Positions 1 to 12,790 of a stretch of DNA of 64,000 nt are shown here, in pieces (position 1 is the stretch's first letter; every line of letters starts with the position of its first letter). The translations under genes were made by a program, and so were the position numbers. Origin of the DNA: Octopus vulgaris (lineage: Eukaryota); contig OX597820.1 of the NCBI GenBank assembly GCA_951406725.2, positions 51,336,001 through 51,400,000 of the forward strand, in the 5' to 3' direction. The notes below the pieces were generated by a model. The model was not told where the DNA came from, searched no databases, and was given only the letters and a program-made list of their open reading frames with translations.

Positions 1-355
1 CGATAGTTATAAAAACAAGAACTCCATAAGCTAAAGGCAGTTACTGAGAGCGACCATCAGTGAGTGTGAACGTTATCATTGCATTATTCATAAAGTTCAC
101 TTTTAAAATTCCACGACGAGTCACTGTACTTTCTCGCCAACCTCCGAAAACCTCTCTTGCTAACCTCCAACAATCTCTCCTCCTCCAGGTGACATTTTTT
201 CGTTCTTTTCGCGACGGAAAATACACCTTTTGTGGCACTTACAACGAAATTGCTTTCTTATAGCAGAGCATATCAAATATACCAACAGCTGGGACAAATG
301 CACACACAGGAGTGGTGATGTGAAGCACCCAGTCTGAGGTTAACAGAAAGACCTT

Positions 356-404
356 GGTGGTGCTCCCGCATGACCACATGGTTGAAACGAGTAAAAGAGT
401 AAAA

Positions 405-406
<2 letters not shown>
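356..406 (+). mobile_element. Isolated 3' tail of a CR1-partner SINE/LINE followed by (TA)n
   Basis: GGTGGTGCTCCCGCATGACCACATGGTTGAAACG-AGTAAAAG-AGTAAAAG matches the SINE tail at 22097-22151 and resembles the LINE tail at 15289-15353. Confidence 0.65.
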
Positions 407-442
<36 letters not shown>

Positions 443-1018
443 GCATGCACACATACACACACTGTGTCTCACGGTGCAGGTAGCAATATATATTACTAGC
501 AATAAGAGCTACAAAATCTTCAAAAATGAGTGAGATGATCAGACTTCGTAAAGACCCACTCAATTTTGCGACTAGGATGGGCTTTATTTCCTATGTCTAG
601 CAATGTATTTGTTTCCCTGTACCGTCTGTCAGAATTAGTGGAAAACCGAATTCTTTGTTCGTTTTATATTTCTTAGAGCCACCTTCGTTATATTGTAATT
701 TTCACATTTTCATCTTCCTATATCATCCATTAATTCATACGGAAAATACTATATACTAACAGTCAGGATTTGATCAAACCATTCGGCGTCGGAACACTTA
801 TCGCTGACAAGCTTTAATTTCAAGCGAAACTTGAATTCTAGTATGATGATCTAGCCCATCTTAGAGCGCATAGCTCCTCTCTCAGCTGTAGACCTGTTCT
901 TCTTTGCGGCTGAGTGGGATTTCACCTCTTATTTCTAGCAATGTAGGTGCTACTATGCACCGTCTGTCGCAATTAGTGACAATTGAATCATTTCTTTTGG
1001 CTTTATTTATCTTATTGT

Positions 1019-1045
1019 CACACACACACACACACATACACACAT

Positions 1046-1129
<84 letters not shown>

Positions 1130-1148
1130 GTGTGCGTGCGTGTGTGTA
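1019..1148. repeat. Compound (CA)n(TA)n(TG)n microsatellite, self-complementary
   Basis: Seen directly; source of the spurious HT/YI/CV ORFs. Confidence 0.95.
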
Positions 1149-2413
1149 GGTATATGTCATGTAAGCACCTAAGTGTGGGCGTATTACACACACAACAACA
1201 ACAACGTAGAGATGATGTCATTCCATTAACTTCGCATCTAGAAATGAAAAATCAACCCAGAAAACGTTTGCCAAGTGGATTCCCCAGTGGAGGAAGTTGC
1301 TTAAGTTCAATGGAATTTGAGTTGACTCTAAAGTCCATAGCTTATACGTCATTGCTCTCTGCTTACTCGTTGCAAAAGTAAACAATTTTTGAAGAAAGGC
1401 GAATTGATTTTAGAAAGAATTGTTTTTGCAATGGTGATCAATATCACGACAATGATGATATTGCCGATGATCTTATTCCAGCTAGTGCAGGCTTCTATAG
1501 ATAATGTTAACAAAACATAGAAATGAGGTTATAAAACATGTTTATCTATAAGCATGGTAAATCTAAAAATCTGAGTACTTATGGATTTTACTGGTATGTA
1601 TATTGCATGATATATGTTGTGTGAGTGTATGTATAAACATGCGTTTTCCTGTATATATATGTTTGTGTAAAAGGAACTGTGTGTGCAGGGTATATATATG
1701 TATTTGCTGTGTGCGTGATTTTGCATAGATGCATTTATAGAAAACACTAATATCTAATTTCATACACTGAAACATAATGATAACAAAAGATATACAAAAC
1801 TGATATCTATGTAGGTATGTATCTATAAAAGCGTACACACACAAACACACACATACATACACACATACACACACACACACACATATGTGTGTGTGTACAT
1901 ATATGAATATTTGTATGTGTGTCGGGGTGCCTCCGAGTGTCGGCGTGTGTATGTGGCTGTGTGCACGCTTCCGTAACCGTGTGTTTTTGAATGATTTCCC
2001 CAGTGATTAGTAATGTCTTATCTGTTTTAGGATTTAAGATGTTTTAAAATACAATCAGATTACTTAGTACATTCAATTACTTTATTTCTGCAGTAAACAT
2101 ACGTATATGCATGTGATATAGAGATATTAGATTGTTATAAAACGTAGCTGTTCAAAAAATAGTAGTGTACGTATACGTTTATATGTATGCTGAGCATTTA
2201 TATCTAGTTTTAACTATAATTATTTCGTTCTAGCCGCACTCACATACGTGAGGACTATGTATAGTGTTTATTTTTTAAAATTTTATATATACATAATATA
2301 GATCGTTGACCTGGTGGAGTATTGGTAAATCACATTGATTGACGCTTTAATCACGGTACATTAGTTATTAGCTGTTGGAAATAGAAATGTAAGAGAAATA
2401 GGTGCAGGTTTGC

Positions 2414-2508
2414 TACTAGTAGCAGCAGCAGCACCACCACCACCACCACCGCCACTACTACTACTACTACCACGAGTAACAGTAGTGGTGGTGGTGGGGG
2501 TGGTTTTG

Positions 2509-2541
<33 letters not shown>

Positions 2542-2589
2542 ATAGTAGCAGCAGCAGCAGCAGTAGCAGCAGCAGCAGCAGTAGTAGTT

Positions 2590-2657
<68 letters not shown>
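2414..2657. repeat. Compound trinucleotide microsatellite (GCA/CCA/CTA/GTA)n
   Basis: Seen directly. Confidence 0.95.
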
Positions 2658-3199
2658 TAAGCACACAGATTCTTGATAACCCACACCGAAAGTACGAGCT
2701 ATTTCCCCTGCTCTCCTTACATACATAAAAATGGGTCATTCCTGGAACCATTTTTTCCACAGTTGTCAAGCTTTTCACAAATACACTGCGATGTAGCACT
2801 TGACTCTCTACTCTCATTTCCTTTGTAATTGGAAGTTATAAAAATGGATAACAGCCTGACCGAAGAGAAAGGTGTCTTTCCAAAATGTTTTCAGCCACAT
2901 CCACAATACAATCGCTTTTGCCGTAGCTACTAGACAGAGGAACACTAGACAGAGGAAGTTTTAAGGTAGCTAGTAGGGCGGTCCTCACAATGGATTCAGC
3001 CGATTGTCGGATTCGTTTTTCGCGTGACCACAAAACACCGAAAGTCAGCAATACTCGGACACTGCACGAGTGCATGTAAATCAGCTTCGTCGCTCTGTTC
3101 GCCTTCGGACAGTTCTACCTGATAGCGCTTTCGTGTCTGAAGCAATTATGCTGAATTTGCAGTGCTCCTCGGCAAAATTGCAAGGTTGGGAATTTGTGG

Positions 3200-6100
3200 A
3201 AGTTATCCATGGTAACATCAAGCGCGAAAATCCTCCGAAACCGATCAGGTACATCCTCATCTCTGATTAGAGTTTCTAGAAGAATTAAATTGCCCTTGCC
3301 CATCACTAGAATAATATTATTAATAAAATATTTCACTGTGGAACTTTATAAATGTTACCTGGAAATTAATGGTATCATATTCGGGTAATAATCATAACTG
3401 CGTTAACAGGATTTCAACTGTTAATAGAGACGTTGTCGCAAACGGGTGACAAGGAGTGTCTGACCATGCCCCAACAGATCGTCATGAAGCCATTGATAAA
3501 AGCTGCATTCAAATGTGTAGTGGAAGAAAAATTAGATGAGAAAAGGTGGTAAACTAAATTGTGATTGAATGCTGGTTGAGAAGTGAGTCATATGAAAGAG
3601 ATTACATGAAACGAATGAATGGAATATAGGATAAAAACGGGTTTTTGAATATTCCGCTAGACGATTGATAGGGCAGGCAAAGATAGTTCGTATAAATGAT
3701 TGGATTACAAGATTAGAGGTTGAAGGAAATCAGAGGATAAAAGATTATCAGTTAGGAATGTGAAACAACAATTGTAGTGAAGGAATGGCAGAAGAAATTG
3801 AAAAGAAGGAAATCACTAAGTGCCGGAGAATTCTGATGAAATAAATAGTGGGAGTGATTTCGCAGGAAACGTGACAGAAAATGTTGCAGAAAACTTGATC
3901 GATGAGGAGAGGGAGGTTCTACAAATGCTGTTAGGTAAAATGTGTGGTGTGAACAATGAAGTAGTAACAAATAAAAGGTGTGTCGACAGATGGAAGGGAA
4001 ATGGTCTTTTGAGCATGGTTAAAACAGAGAACATTAGTGAAACAAACTAGCTGCAGCTAATGTTGTAGCTGACATAATATGATGCATGCGGAGGACTGTT
4101 GAAGAAAATGAGAGGGAAAAGACAGAACCAAACTAGTTGAAGAGAATACAAATGAAGTTGGTAATGGCACGGAAAGAACTGGGGCAATTAGAAAGGATAA
4201 GTAGAGGAATCAAGAAAGAGGTAGACATCAGCTAAAATAATAGACGGTACAGGTTAGAAAAAAGGGTAGAGCAAACTGTATATGAAAAATTGTCACAAAG
4301 GATGGCAGCGTAAAAGGCCAAACTGAAAATGCAGAATTTGTCTATCAAATAGGTGTATTTTTGATGAAATTTAGAGGAACAGTATGAGGAAGTTATTCAT
4401 GATGCAGAAGAATGTAAAGTGTTTTGGGGAGAACTTCTAAACAGGCCAGTATGACGTAAAGAAATTGAAAGGTGTGTAAAATAAATGGAGAGACAACTTG
4501 CATGTTTACCAAGAAAAAAAAACGTCAGATTTGATCTGTATTCATTGAAACGGATATTAAAAGAAGATAGCAAATTCGAAGGGATTTGTCCCGGATAGAC
4601 TACAAGTTTACTTGCTTAAGTAATTTACACAGTTTCATAAAGGCATTCTTGCACACCTGGATGAATGTCTATTGCAGGAACACGTCCTCACCTGGATAAA
4701 AGGTAGATGAACGTTGTTACGTCACAAAATACATTTGTATCAAATTTTCGAACAATAAGCAGTTTATTGTTCATGTATGTCTGGTTTAAACAGTTCTGAA
4801 GTCATCTGGGCAGTAATAATTTATTTCCAGTAGAATGGAAGGGATGCAGGAAGCAATGTAGGGCAACTAAAGACCAGTTGTTAGTTGATTAAATCATAAC
4901 TAGTAATTGATGGCGCAGATTGACGGGTTCAGCGAAGCATGGCTGGATTACAGAAAGTCATATGATATGGAACGGCACATTAGTATAAGTAAAACAATGA
5001 CCATATTTGGAGTGACAGAAAATATGGAGAAAATTGTAAATGAAAGCATGTAACATTGGAATACTGAATTGATAGGAGGAAAATAAAGACTTGGGCAAGT
5101 TGTCAGCATATGTGGTATATTTGAAGATAAAAACATATCTTCATTGCATTTTGTATAAACCTGAGTTTGATATTACTAGAAGTGAAAATAACTTATGATT
5201 TGGGAGAAAGGATATGGTCAAACAAATCATCTCCTTTATATGGATGATATAAAGCTATAGGCAAACGATGAGAAATAGTTTGAAAGTCTTGTATATATTT
5301 TCTCATTTTCTCAATAGAGGTAGATGTGGAATTTGCGATTGAAAAGTATTCTATAGTGATAATGAAACGAGGAATACTGGAAGGAAGCCTGGGAACTGAA
5401 ATAACAAATAGGCAAACAATAAAATCATTGAGAGAGGACATTGATATAAGTATTTGGAAATACTGGAGGTAGATGAAACAAAACACGAAGCGATGAAGCT
5501 AATTTCTAACAGGGAATATACAAGGAGAGCGAGAAAAACTTTACAATCAAAGTTTGAGTCAAAAAGCAGTTATTGAAATAATGAATACAAAATGCAGTAA
5601 ACATAATCAGATAAGGATTCGGAATTGTAGAATAGATAAAAAAGTGACGTGCGGAAGATTGGCAGAACCCCCCCCCCCCCAGAAAGTTGTTGATTATGTA
5701 AACAGCACACCATACGAAAACCAGTTGTTCTTAAAGAGAGACCATAGTGGAAGAAGTTTCAATGCTGTGAAGATTGAGTATATGATGTATAGACAGCGCC
5801 CCCCCCCCATCTATTAACTAACAACTATCAATAACTGTGCTATAAGAAAGAAAATGACTACGTGAATATCTACGGAACAACACAGAAAAATTTCCAAAGG
5901 TATTGAACAAATATGGAATAAGGGAAAAAAGACAAGAATGAAATTCAAAGAAGGCATGTTAAACAAATTGAAGAGGAACCTTTGTATAGTCAGTGTACAA
6001 AATCCACTGAGGATGTATCAGAAACCAAAACACCTGCGCTTCGTTGAAAAATGGGTAATTGTAAAAATATACAGAATGCCTTATTACAGTAGCTTAAGAT

Positions 6101-6850
6101 GAGGTGTTAAAAATAAAGATCTTCAGATAATGTGTGTTGGGGTGAAAGTGTCACCAAAATGTTCACTATGTGGGATTCGGTGTGAAACAATGGTATTCTT
6201 TGTTGCAGAATGTTCAAATTTTAGCTTTTTAGCAGTGAGAGAACATAAGCAATGTATGAATAACCAGGTTGTGAATTATTTGTGTTTGAGGCTTTATCAG
6301 AAATGGTGATCTGACGCTGAAAAATTTGGTATAATAATCAGGTTCAAAGAGTGCTTAAGTTGGGGAATACAGGAATCTATGGGATTTTCAAATTTAAACG
6401 CATAAGAAGCTAGAAAATAATAAACCAGATATAACAAAAATAGACAAGGTAAACCGAAGTTGCTTACTAATTGATCCATCATCTCCGTCCGGTTCCATGA
6501 TTCTAAACAAAGACAATGAAATATTAAAAACTACAATCTCTTAAAATTGGAAGTTATGACATTTTGGAATATGAAAAATATGAGTTTTGGATCTGCAATA
6601 ATTGCTGAATTAGGGACTGTGAGTAATGATATAAACTAATAGATGAAGGCGTCCTGTAGTTCTTCTGCAGAAAGTGCCTCTTAGGAACAGAAAAAACAAT
6701 TATCATAAGATTTGTGTGCACTTCAAACATCTTGAAATACGTATGATATCTAAATGTACTGATAGCAATATACTACCAACATAAATACGAACAGGAGGAA
6801 GACAAACCTTAGGTTAAGTCGAATAGTAATAGTAACCACAACTACTACAT
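3200..6850 (+). mobile_element. Heavily decayed Dong/R4-clade non-LTR retrotransposon (RT plus restriction-like endonuclease)
   Basis: Motifs in order across broken frames: N-terminal IVIECWLRSE..Y.KRM (~3560-3625); ECKVFWGEL (~4410); WKGCRKQCRATKDQLLVD (~4835-4890); AWLDYRKSYDM (~4935-4970); NHLLYMDDIKL (~5225-5260); decayed CCHC (~6160-6215); WDF and PD (~6380-6430). Many stops and frameshifts; 5' boundary uncertain. Confidence 0.8.
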
Positions 6851-9800
6851 TAATGCTAACTCTACATTTATAATGATAATTTCCTTATTAGTTAAAAGGT
6901 GACATATGTAATGGGAAGTGGAATAAGACAGATAAGATATAGTATGTTGATGTTTATAAAACACACAGAAAATCCTCATAATAATCAGAAAAACAATTTA
7001 GTTCTTATTAAGGAAGCCAAGACAGAAACATACATGAGTGTAGTGGCTACCTGGGGTATGTGCTTAATTTCTGCTGCGAAATTTTGACTTACATGCATGC
7101 CGTTGGGGTTGAGGATTCAAAAGTTTGAAGCGCACTTTATTTACTAATCATTTAAAAATGTAATACTCTGCAATCACTCCAATGCGAATATTGTCTTTCT
7201 CTTCAGGTGAAGTATAAGAAAATTGATGGAGATTTGACGCCAGGAAAACGTGTCTAACTTTGTCATTTCTCTCTTGCCTGCCATGCGACCACATTCAGTT
7301 GCGAAAATGTAACTATGTGCCAATCTTGGACAAAGAAAGGTAGAGGTTCGATCTTCAGGCTGTTCTCGGTTAGAAAACAAAACTCATCCTAATCTAGACC
7401 GGAACCCTGAAATGATCTTCAAAGGTCGTCGAAGTTCAAACGGAGAAAATTGTGTCGCTCAGCGTATAAACTGAAAGTATCCAGTAGACGTCATTCTTGT
7501 GTTCTTAGAATTTCCCACAAACCAGCAATTTTAGAGAATATTGTCTCCGACGAAATTATTCTTCGGCATATTTCTCAGTTCATTCTCGACAACATTTAGC
7601 GCTTACGACAAAATGATATTGCACAAACTTTCAACTTGTTTTATTTAGATTGTTAGTGTGAAAGTTTCACCAACTGCATTACACAATGAATAGATTATTA
7701 TGAGTGTTTGACATAATTTCAGACATACAGATTGCTAATTCCTCGAACAGCAGCTCCATCAAAGAGACAAGCTATGGTAAAAATGATCTAACAGAAGGGT
7801 GATGACAGCAGGCCAGAACCAGGAATGGAATCATTGTAGATTCTGACGCTTCAGTGTATGTCCACTCATCAGTAGCCGTATCAAATCCCAAGAGCAGAGA
7901 CTAGCAGCAGCAAATGCGCTTCCTTAACACTGGTATGTTACCATTTCACAAGAAGCAAAAGAGTACTCACCTCAGTCGGTGAGACAAAAAATAGTGCATT
8001 ACACAATAATTAGGTGGTGATATAATAGAGAGAATCTGTGTAACCACAAGCCTTGCATGACCTTTTGGTCATATTTTCCTCTCCGTCTGTAAGTTTGTAA
8101 TACTGATCACACTCCTAGAGTCATTATTCCATTTCCTATCCAACTGCATGTTCAAAAATTTCTGAACTGGCGATTCTACATGCTTCGTTTGAAGTTGGAA
8201 CACGTAATTTTTAGATAGAGTGTAATGTAAAGAAGATATATTTTCTATTTTGATTAAGTTGAACTAACATTTGAATGCTTCCCCTTTGTCTTCTTAAATA
8301 TTAACTTTTCTTGTTATAAAATGATAAACAGATAAAAGTTGATAGGAGACATTAACTTTGCAAACAAGTTCATCTTATTAGTTTACAAGGTCAGACATAA
8401 TTCAGAAAGATTAAGTATTGAATATTATTACCTGGACATAGTTGTACATCGTAGCGTTCTAAGACTGATGAACTTACATTGAAAGCTGTATCTCTTTTTT
8501 CTCTGCCTCTGTTCGACCAAGCTGTTTTCCTAAACTAAGGCGTTCTGGCTCTGACTAATCATCCCTTACTCAAACTGTGGAACCGTGACAAAATTTATAT
8601 ATCTTTAAAATTGTAAGAATATGTCTAGATTTGCGGGCTAGCTCATTTCAATGTAAAACAGCTTAGAATTTGTCTCATTAGATAGGTGTTTACATTTCGT
8701 GTAGATTTCAACCGAAAGGATTCTAAGGGAATAAATATTTATAATATTAAAAATAAGTATTGAATCTGAAAATAACCCAGGGACAATAATCATTGAAGTG
8801 AATTTCGCGGAAACACAAACACATTTCATGAAAACAGAAGCACATTTCTTTACACAAACTGAATGATGAACTGAAATAATTAAAAAATTGATATTTATAA
8901 TAATCTACATTGGTTCAATTTTCAATCGTTCCAAGTGGCAATGCGATTATTTGTTTAATACCCAGAATCAAAATCTTCTCCAGGGACCAGGCAAGCTCGG
9001 CTTTTTTCTGGTGTCGCTGTTATCTGAGGTTCATCTTCCTCTTCGTAACGCGTGATGCTTTCTTTGGCGTTTTTGCAGCGATTGTAGTTTTCCCATCGTG
9101 TATATGTTCCTCGGTGATTCCAATGCTAGTCTGTGGACCACCGTTTTCATGTTGTATCCTCGCTTAGGACAGGTAAATACAGAGTTATAGAAACAGGTTA
9201 GATAACTCTATATAGATAATTGTAAATCTTTGAATGAACATAATGCTTTATACATAACAAGTTGTACTTTATTCCTAGAAAATGTTGATGTTGGGTATAA
9301 TATATAGAGATAGAAGCTTAAATCATTATTGAACTCTAGTTAACGAGTGCTTCTCTATCACAAAGCTTGTGTAACTAGAACTAGCGACCGGATTATTTTA
9401 CAGTTATGTAGAAAACAAACATTGGATGAAGTTATTCGAGATGCATGAAATCTAAACTATAATATTGGGTTCTCATAAGCCAAACTCCTACTTGAGATGA
9501 GCCAACTTAGTCTTAAACAGAAACGAAAACAACAGTAAGAAAGCGTTATTGAATTATACAAGGTGATTCGCTTTCTACGGCAAACACATCGGAAGAGTAG
9601 AACTCTCGTGACGTAGAATTCAAATTTGGTTATTGAACGAAATAATTTTATTAGTGGCTAGCTGCAACTCGTGCTATACGCGAAGGTGTGAAATACACAC
9701 AATTTAACTCCTATTTTTATAAGTGTTTAAATAAGCACCTTACTAAAATTGATTCGGAATATGTTTCTACAGGCCATTACGTAGAACGAGCGGGTAAAAC

Positions 9801-9885
9801 TTTCATAACAAAGTTTTACAAAGATCAATCATACACTTCCTAAAAGAATTTGTTCACACGAAAACTAATTCCACACATCAACTTT

Positions 9886-10013
9886 GAATGTATGTATGTA
9901 TGGCTGGATATAAGTATGTACGTATACATGTATGTATGTATGTATGTATGAATGTATGTATGTATGTATGTATGTATGTATGTATGTATGTATGTATTTA
10001 TGTATGTATGTAT
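9886..10013. repeat. (TATG)n microsatellite
   Basis: Seen directly; similar tracts at 16237-16425 and 56045-56152. Confidence 0.95.
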
Positions 10014-10027
10014 CTTGTATCGTTTAG

Positions 10028-10523
10028 CTCTTCTTTGTTTCAGTAATTAGACGACAAGCATGATGTGGCCCCTATCTGAAAATGTTACAGTCGAAAGACG
10101 AACCCATTAATTTATTTTTCTTATTTCCTTTGCCCTGGTACTTATTCTCTCGAAAACTGCTGCTGAAGCGCTCAGTTATGGGGAGTTAAAAACACTAACA
10201 CTGGTTGTCAATCGGTGGTGTGGGACAGACACAAACACTCACACACACACACACATACACACACATACACTCACAATCATATATATATATAAACACATAA
10301 GAGATGGCCATAATAGGACATCTGACTCACTAGAAAGAGCAGCTAAACTCCAAACCACTAATAGTTGTAATTCTGAAATGGAAAGAGAAATAAAAACGTT
10401 TACCCTTTCCCTTTCTGGACTATGCATAGTTTCATAGTTTCGGCAATCTTTTGAAAATAAATTAAAATAAAATAATTTTAATTTACGATTGGCGTTGCCA
10501 TCTTCAGCAGAAAACCAAGGCTA

Positions 10524-10607
<84 letters not shown>

Positions 10608-10758
10608 TTATAGGGTTTCTTTCAGTTTCCGTCAATCTAATCCAATCACAAGGCGTCGGTCGATCCGAGGCTATAGTAATACACACTTACCCAAGATGCC
10701 ATACAGTGGGCATGAACTCGGGATGTGGTTGAGAAGCAGACGTTTTACCACGTCGCCA
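10028..10758 (-). mobile_element. Old tRNA/CORE-type SINE; head at 10612-10758, body and tail at 10028-10240, separated by microsatellites and other DNA
   Basis: Both halves align by eye to the SINE copies at 20753-21142 and 21706-22151. Confidence 0.7.
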
Positions 10759-10876
10759 AATACATATATTTATGTGTTTGCATTTTGTGGGTATAAAATG
10801 CATGCGTAGATGTATGGCTATGGAAATAGTATGTATCGAAAAGAAAGAAAGAGGGAAAGGGAGAACAAAGTATGAT

Positions 10877-10916
<40 letters not shown>

Positions 10917-11292
10917 GTGTGCGTGTGTGTGTAATTTTATAGGCAACAAAATAATTAGGTGAAGAAATATTTCCACGATATATGAAATACGTAATTAATC
11001 TGTAATTACAAATTTTTGGCAATATTCCATCGCATCGAAAATTTTTCTCATTACTGTCATACACCCACGAAAATGATAAGTCGACTTGACACCTTCAGAT
11101 TTGTTGTAGGTCGATGTTTAGATCAATTTCTTGACCCGAGCACGCAAAGATCTCACTAACATCTCAAGTTCTAATTTGGACAGATTCTTAAATAAATTCC
11201 ACATACACAGTTCAACAGTTAAGTTTTATTGATTACACCGTTGATTGTTTATAGTTTACACTCCCACACCCATACACACACATACATGTATG

Positions 11293-11325
<33 letters not shown>

Positions 11326-11328
11326 GTA

Positions 11329-11420
<92 letters not shown>

Positions 11421-11448
11421 TACCCTTTCCCTTATATATATATATATA

Positions 11449-12317
11449 TTGCAATTGTTCGTCCGCGCTTGGAGGATCGCTGAGGACGACTCGCCGAACG
11501 ACATTATTGCTGCGGCGCTGAAAAGCAACAATTTTTCGAGAACAACCGCCCAGATAGAGCGAAAGAAGAGAGAAGTTATCCGTTCGTACGCTCTAATCAG
11601 GCAACATGTGGACACCCTGGACATCATCCTGGGAGGTGACGGCAGCAGGGAGGGCCAAAAGGATGAGGAAAGCATCCAGAGCCAAATGGAGAAGCCTGGA
11701 ACACAGGGAAACGATGACACATGTCCAGCTTCCAACACCACAACTGAAGACCAAAGAGGTGCGATGGCCGCAAGAAAGGAAAGGCACCCTGGAATTGATG
11801 GGAAGCAGGAGGTAAAGGGTGACAGAATCAAGGCTAAAGGAAGCCCTGTCCAGAGAAAGCAGAGGGACCCCAGCAAAAACTGTAAGGGCAGGGAAAGAAA
11901 CACCTGCAAATTCTACCTGAGGGGGACTGCTGGTACGGCGTTGAAGGTGCAAACTGTCGCTTTGCACATCGGAGGCCCTACCAAAACCGCACGGACGCGA
12001 GACAGAGGTCCCTCCCTCAGGGAGAACAAAAACAAAAAGTTAAAAGAAGGGAAAAAAGCGCACTGACCACTACTGAAAGACGGTATGCAGATGTGGTGCG
12101 CGGAAACCCAACAGGTGGCCAGCTTCACCCATATGTGAGAAGGGCGGCAGCTGAACAGCAGTCTTTTTTGTGCATGGCACAAAAAATTGTTCAGCAGCTG
12201 ACCTGGCTACAAGCACAAAGCTGGAACTACCACCACATAAGGCCACCTCCAACAGATGCAGGATGGCCACCACAGACACCAACACCAACACACACACCAC
12301 AAAAATATTTCTACTGA
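11449..12317 (+). pseudogene. LINE ORF1 with a CCCH zinc finger; one -1 frameshift at the G5 run 11921-11925
   Basis: Joins ORF 11245..12066 (to CKFYLRG) with the frame of ORF 12093..12317. Adding one G gives CKFYLRGDCWYGVEGANCRFAH...RRYADVVRG...KYFY*. Confidence 0.8.
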
Positions 12318-12790
12318 ATGTAGGAGGGCTGCTGCGCGGAAACTGTAAAAAGAAAATTTCATTCCTGAGAGACCTTGTGACATGCAATCAAGCTATATGC
12401 ATGGCACTCACAGAAACGCATCTTGAACCCGATATAGGTGATGCAGAAATACACATGCCGCAATATGCAGTCATACGCACAGATAGAAAAGGGAGGAGCC
12501 ATGGTGGAGTTGCAATGTACATCCGAGATGACCTCACGCCCCAGGTCCTGCTGTCATATTCAAACTCAGTATGTGAAACTCAAATTGTACACATAAGACA
12601 ACTGAATATCGTCATATGCACTACATATCGCCCACCAGACGCCCCAAAACACTCAGGCATGTTTGAAGAATGCCTAACAAAAATAGGAGAAGTCCTCACC
12701 AACCTTGAACAGCACAACAGTGTATTCTTCATGGGTGACTTTAACCTCCCCAATGTGGATGGCCTGGGGGGCAGATGCTCCCAGGGATGA
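12263..12790 (+). CDS. LINE ORF2 N-terminal APE-like endonuclease, frameshifted from the RT part near 12758-12761
   Basis: ATG at 12263; motifs LNVGGL, ALTETHL, RTDRKGRSHGGVAMY, YRPP, MGDFNLPNV. Remaining endonuclease motifs (PTR..NILDL, SDH) continue in the next frame. Confidence 0.88.
   Translation: MATTDTNTNTHTTKIFLLNVGGLLRGNCKKKISFLRDLVTCNQAICMALTETHLEPDIGDAEIHMPQYAVIRTDRKGRSHGGVAMYIRDDLTPQVLLSYSNSVCETQIVHIRQLNIVICTTYRPPDAPKHSGMFEECLTKIGEVLTNLEQHNSVFFMGDFNLPNVDGLGGRCSQG

Noticed and set aside
8910-9180. GC-richer block ending in a CAG|GTAAAT donor-like site; possible exon
   Set aside because: No recognisable protein, no clear acceptor and no partner exons
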